This document shows positions 35,991 through 45,214 of a stretch of DNA of 64,000 bases, piece by piece. A program made the position numbers and the translations under genes. The notes beneath the pieces were generated by a model. That model ran no database searches. It saw nothing but the letters and a program-made list of their open reading frames with translations, and had not been told where the DNA came from. Location of the stretch: positions 64,214 through 128,213 of the forward strand of contig DJYI01000126.1 of NCBI GenBank assembly GCA_002448475.1. The letters are read 5' to 3'. Source of the stretch: Verrucomicrobia bacterium UBA6982. GTDB taxonomy: Bacteria; Verrucomicrobiota; Kiritimatiellia; RFP12; UBA3636. Positions within the stretch are counted from its first letter, which is position 1; each line of letters starts with the position of its first letter.

Positions 35991-36017
35991 TTTCGATTCT
36001 CCGGCAAAAAAAGCGTT

Positions 36018-37019
36018 TTACGCCATCGTTTCCAGCATTTTCGGCGTGACTTCGCGCACAGACCTGGACGAAGGATCGGCGTTCCATGCACGCCATTCCT
36101 CCAGCATCGCCTCTCCCATGCGCCGGATTTCCAGACCAGACGACCCCGCCATGTGCGGCGTTAGGAAGACGTTGGGCATGGAGTAAAACGGCGAGCCTTC
36201 CTCCGGCGGCTCGGGGCAGGTGACGTCGAGCACGGCGGTGCGGCAGGGCTCCTCCGCGAGGGCGCGCACAAGATCGGCCTCCACCACCTGCGCCCCGCGA
36301 CCCGTGTTTATGAATGTGGCGTTGCGCGGCATTTTCGAAAAGAGCGACCAGTCGAGCATTCCCTTCGTCCGTTCGTTGTTTGCCAGATGGTTGGAAACGG
36401 TCTGGCATGTGGCGAAGATTTCTTCGAGCGACGCCTTCCGCACGCCAAGCGATGAGGCGGCTTCATCCAGCAGAAAAGGATCGAAAACGAGGACTTCCAG
36501 CCTGTGCCTCCTAAGAGCCTCGGCAACGAGCCGCCCGATGGAGCCGCAGCCGAGCAGCCCAACGCGGCAGTCGAAGTTGCCGGGATACGCGGAAAAGAGG
36601 CGGTGCGCTTCAAGATGCGCCTTGGCGGAGCGATTCATGCGGCAGGCCTGGAAGAAGCCCTTGTTCGCCAGAAGTATCTGCGAAACCGCGAATTCCGCCA
36701 CCGGCACTGCGTTTTCGCGCCACGCGCTGAAGACCCTGACGCCCCGCGCCAGAAACGGTCGCGCGAATGCCTGCACCGATCCGGCGGCGTAGAACAGCGC
36801 GCGGACGTGCGGCAGGCACTCGGCGATTTCCTCTTCGGAAAGAGTCGGCATTCCCCACGACGAAAAGATCGCATCGGCATCCGCCGCCGCGCCGGAGAGA
36901 ACTCCGTCGCGCGCCAGCGCGGTGTCGGATTCGAGGCCGGCCTCATCGTGAAGCGCGCGAAGCGTCTCCGGGGAATACGTGCCAAGCGTGGGGTTGTTCG
37001 AGACAAGACGTGATTTCAT
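36018..37019 (-). CDS. D-isomer-specific 2-hydroxyacid dehydrogenase family protein (NAD-binding)
   Basis: …VGLLGCGSIGRLVA… (GxGxxG), …NTGRGAQV…, …TPHMAG…: glycerate/phosphoglycerate dehydrogenase-like. Confidence 0.8.
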   Translation of the reverse strand: MKSRLVSNNPTLGTYSPETLRALHDEAGLESDTALARDGVLSGAAADADAIFSSWGMPTLSEEEIAECLPHVRALFYAAGSVQAFARPFLARGVRVFSAWRENAVPVAEFAVSQILLANKGFFQACRMNRSAKAHLEAHRLFSAYPGNFDCRVGLLGCGSIGRLVAEALRRHRLEVLVFDPFLLDEAASSLGVRKASLEEIFATCQTVSNHLANNERTKGMLDWSLFSKMPRNATFINTGRGAQVVEADLVRALAEEPCRTAVLDVTCPEPPEEGSPFYSMPNVFLTPHMAGSSGLEIRRMGEAMLEEWRAWNADPSSRSVREVTPKMLETMA

Positions 37020-37073
37020 GGCGATGGCGAAATTGGACGAATTGGCCTGACCCGAATCCTAGCGCATCGCGCG

Positions 37074-38069
37074 TCAGAATGGAAGCGCCCCGCCATCTTT
37101 ACGACGGATTGCAATGGTCATTCCGCCATCCGCCGCCTCTCGCGCGCAAAGCGCCTCGCGCGTCAGGCGAAACGCGCGAAGAGTTGTGGCGTCGGGCGCC
37201 GCGCGCTCCCCGCGTCGTGGAAGGGCCTCTATCCATGGCGTGAAAAACGGCGCTGGATGCGGGAGCGGAATGTCGCGCGGCGTCTGGCCCGGAAGCAGGA
37301 TTTCGGCGCGGCCGCGGTCGATCCAGGCGGTGATTTCGCCGCGTTCCCCGGCGACTCCCAGGAAGTCGTCTCCATGCGGTACCGGCGAGTCGGGCCGCAA
37401 ATAGTCGAGCGTCGCGGTCGCGAGCGCGCCTGAGGCCAGGCGCATCGAGAGGACGCAAACGTCTTCGCAGCAGGGCATTTCCCGATGCGCGAGATTCGCG
37501 TGGAAAGCGGAGACCTCTGCCACGGGATCGCCGTCGCTGGCGGCGTCGATGAAGTCTAGCGCGTGGATGCCGATCCAGGGGATCGTGCCGCCGTATGCGG
37601 CGCGGTCGTTGAACCACGGTTCGCGCCTTCCCCACTTGTAGGTCTTGCGAGCTGAAAGAAGCAGCGGCTTCCCGATCGCGCCGGAGCGGATGGCTTCGAC
37701 CGTCGCGGCGAGCGCAGGACGTGCCCGTGTAGGGAGCATCGGACAAACAAGCACCCCGGCGCGCTCAACGGCGGCGCGAAGCGAATCGAGGGAATCCAGA
37801 TCAACGGCAAGTGGCTTTTCGCAAATCACGTGGCAGCCGGCATTGGCGGCGAGCGTGGCGAGTTCCGCGATTTGCCCCGGCGGTGCGGAGACGATCGCGA
37901 AGTCCGGCCGGGCCTCGCGAAGAAGATCAGCCGCCTCGGTCCCGCTCGTCGCGGAACCGACCATGCGGATGCCGCCGCCGTCCGCCTCAATTTCACGGAG
38001 CACTTCGCCGTAGTGCCCCCAGTCGCCCAGCAGGACTCCGCGCTTTGGGGATTCGGTCTTCATTTCCAT
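37074..38069 (-). CDS. Gfo/Idh/MocA-family oxidoreductase
   Basis: N-terminal Rossmann fold plus …HVICEKPLA… (EKP motif); 331 aa. Confidence 0.8.
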   Translation of the reverse strand: MEMKTESPKRGVLLGDWGHYGEVLREIEADGGGIRMVGSATSGTEAADLLREARPDFAIVSAPPGQIAELATLAANAGCHVICEKPLAVDLDSLDSLRAAVERAGVLVCPMLPTRARPALAATVEAIRSGAIGKPLLLSARKTYKWGRREPWFNDRAAYGGTIPWIGIHALDFIDAASDGDPVAEVSAFHANLAHREMPCCEDVCVLSMRLASGALATATLDYLRPDSPVPHGDDFLGVAGERGEITAWIDRGRAEILLPGQTPRDIPLPHPAPFFTPWIEALPRRGERAAPDATTLRAFRLTREALCAREAADGGMTIAIRRKDGGALPF

Positions 38070-39244
38070 TCCGGAATCGCGCTCGTTCCGTTTTCGAAGA
38101 AGCGATCAAAGGCCTCCTCGATGCCCGGCACGATCCATTGGCCGCAGTTGTCGCGGCGAATGGCGTCATGTTCCAGAGGCCGCACCGGCAGGGTCTCCGT
38201 CAGCAGTTCGACGGCGAGAACCTGCGCACGTGCCATTGAAAGAGAGCAACCATGAGGCGCAATGCCCCCCACCTGCGCCGCAGTCCCTTCACGGGACTGC
38301 GCGATCACCGCGCGGAACATTGCAGCGTGAGGCGGCGCCGCCGTTCCCGATGCAAGGACGCGCCCGTCCGCCGCTCGCACCTCCCACGGGCCGTCGTGCG
38401 CCCAGCGCACATCGCCGCGTTCGCATTTCACATGGATTCGCGGATGCGCGTTGCGTTCGGCGGCGTGAGAAAACGCGATGTCCACGGGCACGCCGGAATC
38501 CGTTCCGAAGCGAAGCAGGCACGTATCGAACGTCTCGATTCCCGGCCGGGCCCTGAAAAGCGCGCCTTCGACTGCGGTCGGCGCGGCCGGCGCGCCGAAC
38601 TCGCCTGCGCTTGCGCCAGCGTAGAGAAGGCAGAGATTGAGATAATGCGCGAATGCGTTGTTGACCGGGGAGTCGCGCACTGGGGTTCCGTCCGGCGCGG
38701 CAAGGCGCGCGGCCCAGGAATTGCGCTGGTAGTAGGCATCGCCTCGCGGCCAGATTCCGGTGCTGGCAATCCTCAGCGGCGCGCCAAGAGTCCCGGATGC
38801 CAGGATTTGCATGATTTGCCGCGTTTCCGGCGCCCAGACATGCTGAAAACCCACGAATACGCGCCTTGGCGCGGCGGCTCGCTCCGCATCAATCATCCGG
38901 TCCACCGCCGCCGTGCATCCTGCCGCCGGCTTTTCGACCAGGACGTCGGCTCCGGCGGCCAGCGCGGCGGCGACGAGCGGCTCGTGCGACGCTATGCCAA
39001 CCGGAAGGCACACCAGATCGATCCGGCCCTTCTCGGCCGCGAAGAGCTCCTCGGCGGTTCGATAGACAGCCGCCCCGTTGGCGCGCAGCCACGCAAGAGG
39101 CCCGGCCGCGTCGGGATGCTCAGGATTCACTACCGCTGCGGCGGCGAATTTGCATTCGCCGGCTTCAGCGAGCGCCCGGAGGTGCTTGAAGTGGACGCCA
39201 CCGTAGCCAGTCACGCCCACCAGGGCGACGCGCCTGCGATTCAA
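38060..39244 (-). CDS. Gfo/Idh/MocA-family oxidoreductase (second paralog)
   Basis: MNRRRVALVGVTGYGG…, …DVLVEKPAA…. Apparent TTG start at 39244 overlapping the upstream stop. Overlaps the downstream gene by 10 nt. Confidence 0.75.
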   Translation of the reverse strand: MNRRRVALVGVTGYGGVHFKHLRALAEAGECKFAAAAVVNPEHPDAAGPLAWLRANGAAVYRTAEELFAAEKGRIDLVCLPVGIASHEPLVAAALAAGADVLVEKPAAGCTAAVDRMIDAERAAAPRRVFVGFQHVWAPETRQIMQILASGTLGAPLRIASTGIWPRGDAYYQRNSWAARLAAPDGTPVRDSPVNNAFAHYLNLCLLYAGASAGEFGAPAAPTAVEGALFRARPGIETFDTCLLRFGTDSGVPVDIAFSHAAERNAHPRIHVKCERGDVRWAHDGPWEVRAADGRVLASGTAAPPHAAMFRAVIAQSREGTAAQVGGIAPHGCSLSMARAQVLAVELLTETLPVRPLEHDAIRRDNCGQWIVPGIEEAFDRFFENGTSAIPEWK

Positions 39245-41346
39245 TTCACGACCTCCACTTCATAGGATTCGTCCACCAGGACGTCGCCTGGCATGAGGTG
39301 CCTTGATTCAAGAGAGAAGTCCGTCACGACGGTTTCGACGTATTGGCTAGTGAGGCCGTTGTAGCAATAAGCCCCCTGCCCTGCCGGCCGCAGAATGCGC
39401 AGACGCTTCCCGGTGAGCGAGCGCACGCGCAGCGCCCCGTCGATTTCCAGAAAAGTGGAATTTGTTTCAATGATCTGCCCTGCGGGCGGATAGGAGCGCG
39501 TTTCGCAAATGGGTGCGGATTGATCGCCAGCCGTGTAAACCCGCTTGTGCCCGTTGTAGATGTCGTTTGGAATCTGGAGATTCAGCGCGCGGAAGCCAAC
39601 GGGAAGTGTTGTTTCCTTGATGCACTCGACGCGGTCGGAAATGCGCATGGTGCGACCGTCCGGAAGCGCCTCGGCGGCGCAGCGGCGGCGAAGCACGTGG
39701 TAGCGGTCCTCGCCCTCGCCGAGGGGATTGTCCTCGAGGATGTCGCCCTCCCAGAGCCAGCGGAAGCCGCCTGGAGTCTCTTCGACCGTTGCCGAACCGA
39801 CATGCTTGGGTCCGCGAAGACCGATGAAAGCGAAGAGGTTGCCGGACCATTCCGCCAGGTCGCTGCGGTTTTCGGGGAGGCAAAGCGCCGCAGGGCCTGT
39901 TTCGTGGAAATTGCGCGCGTTGGAGCGAGTCGGGCCGCAGAATGCACGAGACACTACGGAGCGCACGGCGCCCGGAGTGCGCAGAAGCGCCGCTCCGTGA
40001 TAGGCGCCGATCCAGAGCGGCGGATCCGCGAGTGCGGCGGTTTCTCCGCTCGCCCTCGCGGGCAGGACGGAACAATCCGCCGACGCGGTGCCGAGAAGCG
40101 CGTTTTCTAGCGCTCGTCCTGCCTGCGAGGGCGAGCGCGCGGCACCGCACTCACATTCGCCCGCCGCCCAATGCGCCGAAGTCGCGAGCACAGTGAATGG
40201 GTCGCATTCAAGGCGGGTCTCCCACCATGGCGACTCGGCGCGCATCGCGGACAGGCGCTTTCCATAAAAAGTTCCATCCGGATTTTCGGCCTGCTCGCGG
40301 GCCACAAGAGCGAGATAGCCGCGGGCGAATCGGGCCGCGTCTTCGTCGCGCCATAGGTCACATGCGAGATGCCAGCCCTGCAGGGCGAAGGCCTGGCAGT
40401 AGGTGTATCGCGCGCGGGAGTCCCCGCCGATGCGCAGAAGTCGGCCGTCGGGGAAGGTGCAGCGCTTGCACCACTCCCAGACGCGGCGCAAGTTGTGCAT
40501 GAAACCCGCCGGCGGCGGCAGACCGCGCCGCTTGAAGGAAAAATAGAGCAGAGCGAGATTCGAGAGGCAAACGTAGGCGTAGCCCACGTTGAGGTAGCCG
40601 TGGTGGTCGAGCGCGCCGTCCGAAAAAAAGTTGGCGCCGACAAAGCGCTCGCGCACGGGCTTGCCGAGAACGGCGGTGGCGTTCTCCGCATCATCCGGGA
40701 AAGAGAGCCCGTTCACGAGGAAGTCTGTGCCGCGCTCTCGCCATGCGAAACACGTGCCTTCTTCGGAGCGGGCGGCGCCGGCCGCCATATCCGCCGCGGC
40801 CCGCAGCAGAAACGCGCCGTTCCAGATGTTGGACTCAGGCTTGTTGCGGCCAGTCGAGGCGTCGGGGTCGGCGACAAGCTCGTATTCGTTCATGCGGTAG
40901 TCGCATTCGCATTCAACGAGGGCGCGGAGGCGAGCTTCGTCGTCGGCGGTGAAGAATTCGCGCAGGAGGTCGAGCCCCGGGATCATGCGCTCGTAGCCAA
41001 GCACGCTAATCCAGTGCCGCCCCCACTTCTTCCCGTCGGTGCAGTCGAGGTCTCCCGTGCGGTGCGTCCGTAGCGAATAGCGGGTCATCGCAAGCGCCAT
41101 GTCGCGCAACTCGGCTGCGCTTAGCGCGCATCCGGCCTCGGAGAGCGTTTCAGGCGGAAGGCTGGCAAGGCACGCGAGGGCTCCGGCGACCTGCTGGTTG
41201 ATCTGCACCGCCCAGTGGCCGCTTTCGCCGGATCCGTAGTGCTTGAGGCCCGGCTCGCCGGGGACGTCGCGCAGGTATGCCGGAAGCGCTTTCAGAAACG
41301 GCACGGCCGCGCGCGTGAAATCGAGAGAGGAGGGAAAAGACGACAT
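39241..41346 (-). CDS. hypothetical cytoplasmic protein, 701 aa (possible heparinase II/III-like or other polysaccharide-lyase / (alpha/alpha)-toroid fold)
   Basis: Large protein with no signal peptide; first gene of the oxidoreductase cluster. The fold assignment is weak. Confidence 0.45.
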   Translation of the reverse strand: MSSFPSSLDFTRAAVPFLKALPAYLRDVPGEPGLKHYGSGESGHWAVQINQQVAGALACLASLPPETLSEAGCALSAAELRDMALAMTRYSLRTHRTGDLDCTDGKKWGRHWISVLGYERMIPGLDLLREFFTADDEARLRALVECECDYRMNEYELVADPDASTGRNKPESNIWNGAFLLRAAADMAAGAARSEEGTCFAWRERGTDFLVNGLSFPDDAENATAVLGKPVRERFVGANFFSDGALDHHGYLNVGYAYVCLSNLALLYFSFKRRGLPPPAGFMHNLRRVWEWCKRCTFPDGRLLRIGGDSRARYTYCQAFALQGWHLACDLWRDEDAARFARGYLALVAREQAENPDGTFYGKRLSAMRAESPWWETRLECDPFTVLATSAHWAAGECECGAARSPSQAGRALENALLGTASADCSVLPARASGETAALADPPLWIGAYHGAALLRTPGAVRSVVSRAFCGPTRSNARNFHETGPAALCLPENRSDLAEWSGNLFAFIGLRGPKHVGSATVEETPGGFRWLWEGDILEDNPLGEGEDRYHVLRRRCAAEALPDGRTMRISDRVECIKETTLPVGFRALNLQIPNDIYNGHKRVYTAGDQSAPICETRSYPPAGQIIETNSTFLEIDGALRVRSLTGKRLRILRPAGQGAYCYNGLTSQYVETVVTDFSLESRHLMPGDVLVDESYEVEVVN

Positions 41347-41425
41347 TTTCGATTGCGGACGATTGCAACCGATTGCAGTCGAATGCCGATTGGCATCGAC
41401 GGCAGCCGATTGCGCTTTGGCGACA

Positions 41426-43681
41426 TTAACGCACCACCATCATGAACGCGAGAGGCATCGGGACGAGCTGGCCGTCGTCGCCGACCATGGCCGTGTGGAC
41501 GGAGTCGCCTTCGAAGACGATGTTCTTGAGCGAAGTCCCGGCGGGCATGCCCGTGCAATAGACCTTGAAGGAAGATGTCGGGTCGGGGATTGTGAGCTGC
41601 GAACCTTCGGCGCAGGAAATCGTGCCGAAGGAGAGTTTCACGCCTACGGAGTGGTCGGCGTTTCCGCCGGCCCATGAGACGGAGTTTCCGGTGCCGTTCA
41701 CGGTCAAGGCTGCGAATGTCTGTTCGAACGGTTTGGTCTCACCTGCGGCGACAGATGCTGCGGGAATTTCAAGTTTGCCGGCTCCAAACGCCGTTCCGAG
41801 CGTTAGCGTGGCGGCCGGGTTGATCGGGTTCCAATTCTCCTCGACGGCAGTGGCGTTGCCGGAGCCGCATTGGAAACGCGCAGGCTTGGGAACGCCGAGG
41901 GCATCGACGCCGTCCGTGCCGCCGACGACAACCGCAGTGACTCGCGGAGAGCCTCCGGCCGCTGTCGTCTGGACCGACCAGCCTTCGCGGAATTCGTAGG
42001 TGCCGTCAAATTCCGGCTGCGAAAAGAGGTAGAGGCTCTGAGGTCCGGTCTTCGTCAATTTGCCGGGATTATTCTTGACAAGCGAGACGTCGATTCGCCC
42101 GGTAAGCGAAACGTTAGCGCCCCACGGCCTGACAATCGATGCGGTCACGGAGTCGTTCGCCGCGTAGCCTTCGCCGGGACAAGCGAGCACGATGTTGGTC
42201 ATCGTGTTGCTGTCGTAGTTCACAAGCGAAATCGCCGCCGCTCCAGAACCGCTGCCGCCGCTGATTTCAATCCATGGCGGATTAAAGCAGTTGCCGGTTT
42301 CCTGGGAGAGCGAAAGCGAGAGGCCGTAGCCGGAAGGCGTCCGCAAGGGAACGGTGTTTTCCGCAGTACCCAAATAAACGTTGGCATTGCACTGGATGCC
42401 AAGTCCTCCCTCGAAGACGTTGATGCGGTCGAGATTCAGAAACTGTTCGAGCAGGGCATTCGGTGGAAACACGATCGTCCCGCCGTTGGCGTTGATTTCG
42501 CCGATTCCGGTTCTTGTCGTGTTGCGGCACAGGCGCTGCACGGCAAGAGTTCCGCCGTTTAGGTTGAGACTGGCCCTGCCGTCGGAACTGTTCGCACCGA
42601 CGCGAACCGTGCGAGATGTCACGCATGCCGTTCCGCCGATCGTGAGATGGGCCGGAGCCACGCCTGTTTTGCCGTTGTAGGACGGCCCTTGAATGCAAAT
42701 GTCGTCACCGCAGACGAAAGTACCGGCACCGACGAAGAGATACGCACCCTTGAGTCCGTCAGTTCCAGACTGGCCGCTGCCCACATCAAGCGCCGACACG
42801 TGCGGCGCGTCCGACAGCGGAGCCGGCGACGCGATTTGGCGGTTCGTCATGCAGAAAACTTCGCCGCCGAGTTGCTGGAAAATTCCGTATCCCTTGTAGC
42901 CGATGCGAAAACGCGTGTCGCCAGAAATCCAAGGCATGTCGAGAACGCCGCCGCAGACGGTCGCCGATCCGGCAGCGTTTTTCTCGAACCCGGCGATGAG
43001 GCGTCCCAGCGTGGCGTGTCCGCCATCCTGTATGAACGAGGACGAGTAGGAAGCGGCTGTGGAATTGCCGGCATTGGAATCCCGGCCAAGTTGAAGACCG
43101 GCGGTCGATGCCGTCGTGCCTGCCGGATTGATGCGCAGGACGCCGCCGTTGCGCAGACGGATGCGCCCGGACGAAATCGTGTTTGCGTCGTTGTTTTGCC
43201 CGACGTAAATTCCGTGAACGTCATCCGCAACGACCGAACCGCCCTGAAAGATGTCGAGCGTGGCGCAAAGCGCGTTGCGCGCGCTCGACGTGCCGATGCG
43301 CGAGTTGGGCCCGGCGGAACCATTCGACAGCACAAATGCACCGGTTACGTCGAGAAACCCCTGGCGAAGCACGAGGTTTCCGGCCACGATGTCGCCCTCG
43401 AACGTGCGCGAGCGGGTATAGACGCCGTTTTCCGCGCTGTTGCCGTTGTTGACATCAACGGATGCCGCAACGCCGTTTCCCGTGATTGTTTGGTTGGCGT
43501 TAGGTGCATTGAAAAACGCCGTGTCGCTCGCCGCAGGAATCGTGCCGCCGAAATTTTCGGCGTTCCACTCGTAGGTGCCGCCGGCGGCCTTGTTCCATGT
43601 GGCGGCGGTGGCTGGAACTTCGCCGAGAACGGCAAAAAACAGGACTTGGACAAGCGCGAGTTGCGAGAATGGACCCTTCAT
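41426..43681 (-). CDS. secreted beta-helix / autotransporter-associated beta-strand-repeat protein (~750 aa)
   Basis: ATG at 43679-43681 with an AAAGGAAAG RBS. Signal peptide MKGPFSQLALVQVLFFAVLGEVPATAA. G/N/T/S-rich repeats (…NLNGGTLAVQRL…, …INANGGTIVFPPNAL…). Confidence 0.65.
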   Translation of the reverse strand: MKGPFSQLALVQVLFFAVLGEVPATAATWNKAAGGTYEWNAENFGGTIPAASDTAFFNAPNANQTITGNGVAASVDVNNGNSAENGVYTRSRTFEGDIVAGNLVLRQGFLDVTGAFVLSNGSAGPNSRIGTSSARNALCATLDIFQGGSVVADDVHGIYVGQNNDANTISSGRIRLRNGGVLRINPAGTTASTAGLQLGRDSNAGNSTAASYSSSFIQDGGHATLGRLIAGFEKNAAGSATVCGGVLDMPWISGDTRFRIGYKGYGIFQQLGGEVFCMTNRQIASPAPLSDAPHVSALDVGSGQSGTDGLKGAYLFVGAGTFVCGDDICIQGPSYNGKTGVAPAHLTIGGTACVTSRTVRVGANSSDGRASLNLNGGTLAVQRLCRNTTRTGIGEINANGGTIVFPPNALLEQFLNLDRINVFEGGLGIQCNANVYLGTAENTVPLRTPSGYGLSLSLSQETGNCFNPPWIEISGGSGSGAAAISLVNYDSNTMTNIVLACPGEGYAANDSVTASIVRPWGANVSLTGRIDVSLVKNNPGKLTKTGPQSLYLFSQPEFDGTYEFREGWSVQTTAAGGSPRVTAVVVGGTDGVDALGVPKPARFQCGSGNATAVEENWNPINPAATLTLGTAFGAGKLEIPAASVAAGETKPFEQTFAALTVNGTGNSVSWAGGNADHSVGVKLSFGTISCAEGSQLTIPDPTSSFKVYCTGMPAGTSLKNIVFEGDSVHTAMVGDDGQLVPMPLAFMMVVR

Positions 43682-43792
43682 CGTTCTTTCCTTTCGGTGC
43701 GGGACGGCGGGCGGCACAACGCCGGCCTTTCCGTTCCGCGAGGCAAAGCATAGCATCGCCGGACGATGAAAATCCGCACGAAGTTGTTCGTT

Positions 43793-45070
43793 TTATCGAA
43801 CGCGCCACTCCATCATGGTGCAGCCGAAGCGCTGTCGGAAGGCGGTCTTGAGATATGGCGCGTTTGAAAAGCCGGTCTTGGTGGCGATCTGCTGTAGCGT
43901 AAGGTCCGTCTCGCGAAGGAGGCGGGCCACGCGATCGAGTCGCGCGTCACGGATAGCGCGGCAGACCGTCGTGCCGAGAACGGTCCGGAAGTCCCGCTCC
44001 AGCAGGCGCTCGCTGCCGCCGACGGCGCGCGCGACCTCGTGTATCGACGTGCCGCGCGCGGCGTGGACGCGGATGAAGTCCATGGCGCGCGTCACGCGAC
44101 TGCCAGTCTGCGAGAGGTCCGTGGTGGAGAGCCGTTCCGTGACGCCCGGAACACCGACGAACATGCCCTCCTCGTGCGGAGCGCCGCCCGCGAGAAGCCG
44201 CGCCAGCTCGCCGGCCGCCTCGTAGCCGACTGCGATGTAGTCGGGAGCGATCGAGGAAAGCGACGGCGTCGTGAAGTCGCAGATGAACTCCTCGTCGTCC
44301 ACGCCAAGCACCTGCAGCTCCTGCGGCACCAGGATTCCGTCGGCGCGGCATATCTCCAGCACGTGCATTGCGCGCTGGTCGGAGACGGCGAACACGCCGC
44401 ACGGCTTTGGAAGGGCCTTGAGCCATGCGGAGAGCGCGGAGCGCTCCTCCTTCCAGCTCCGTTTGCCTAATCTGCCGCGCGGCGGCTCGTAAACCGAGAC
44501 CTCGCCGCCGTGCGAGCGTATCACCTGAACGAACGGCATCAGTCGCGGCCGCTGGTTGTCCGTCTCCACCGGCATTCCTATGAAGGCGAAATGCGCCAGC
44601 CCGTGGCGCAGGAAGAGCCTCGCGGCGGTTTCGCCGATGAGCGCGTGGTCAACGTCCACCACCGAAGACGGAATGCGCACTGGAATGAACGGACGCCTGG
44701 TGATGAAAACCGCAGCCTTCAGACCGGAGCGCGGCGCGAGTATGCGGCTGGCGGCGAAACGCTTCTCCTCCAGGGGATCGCGGTCCACGAAACCCATGAG
44801 GTGCGACACGGGCTTGCCGGAAATGAGCCCCACCGGCTTGCTGCGCAGACCGTCGGAAAAACCGTCGTTGCCCGGCGCGTTGCCGTGCATTTCGATCTCC
44901 CATTCCGGGTGGTGCCGCACATAGCGCAGAATTCCCGCCACGATGTCGCGGCCGCCCTTGCTGGCGACGTTCATGTGAACCGCCACCCGCACCGTGGACG
45001 CACTCGCCTCCCCGTCGCGCGCCGCTTTGCCAGGCTCGTCCGATCTACGCTTTGTCATGGCCGCGATCAT
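43793..45070 (-). CDS. XylR-like transcriptional regulator (sugar-binding-domain/AraC fusion), second paralog
   Basis: The C-terminal AraC HTH (…HEVARAVGGSERLLERDFRTVLGTTVCRAIRDARLDRVARLLRETDLTLQQIATKTGFSNAPYLKTAFRQRFGCTMMEWR) and N-terminal …RVAVHMNVASKGGRDIVAGILRYV… are like the 2307..3524 gene. Start ATG 45070 or 45058. Confidence 0.75.
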   Translation of the reverse strand: MIAAMTKRRSDEPGKAARDGEASASTVRVAVHMNVASKGGRDIVAGILRYVRHHPEWEIEMHGNAPGNDGFSDGLRSKPVGLISGKPVSHLMGFVDRDPLEEKRFAASRILAPRSGLKAAVFITRRPFIPVRIPSSVVDVDHALIGETAARLFLRHGLAHFAFIGMPVETDNQRPRLMPFVQVIRSHGGEVSVYEPPRGRLGKRSWKEERSALSAWLKALPKPCGVFAVSDQRAMHVLEICRADGILVPQELQVLGVDDEEFICDFTTPSLSSIAPDYIAVGYEAAGELARLLAGGAPHEEGMFVGVPGVTERLSTTDLSQTGSRVTRAMDFIRVHAARGTSIHEVARAVGGSERLLERDFRTVLGTTVCRAIRDARLDRVARLLRETDLTLQQIATKTGFSNAPYLKTAFRQRFGCTMMEWRVR

Positions 45071-45123
45071 ACGCGAAGCGCCGCCTACCCGCAACACCTG
45101 ATGAAAAGTAGAAGTCAGGACAG

Positions 45124-45147
45124 TTGAAATGTTGAACTGTTCAGTAG
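45124..45147 (+). repeat. three 8-bp-period units GTTGAAAT GTTGAACT GTTCAGTA (site C), also forming a near-palindrome CAGTTGAA…TTGAACTG
   Basis: aggacaGTTGAAATGTTGAACTGTTCAGTAgg in the divergent intergenic region between the XylR-like gene (minus) and gatB (+). Confidence 0.55.
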
Positions 45148-45214
45148 GAGTCGCAAATGCGCCTTTTGCGGTTGTGGACTGAAAGCGGGGGTTTTGATAG
45201 ACTTCCCCGCCGTC

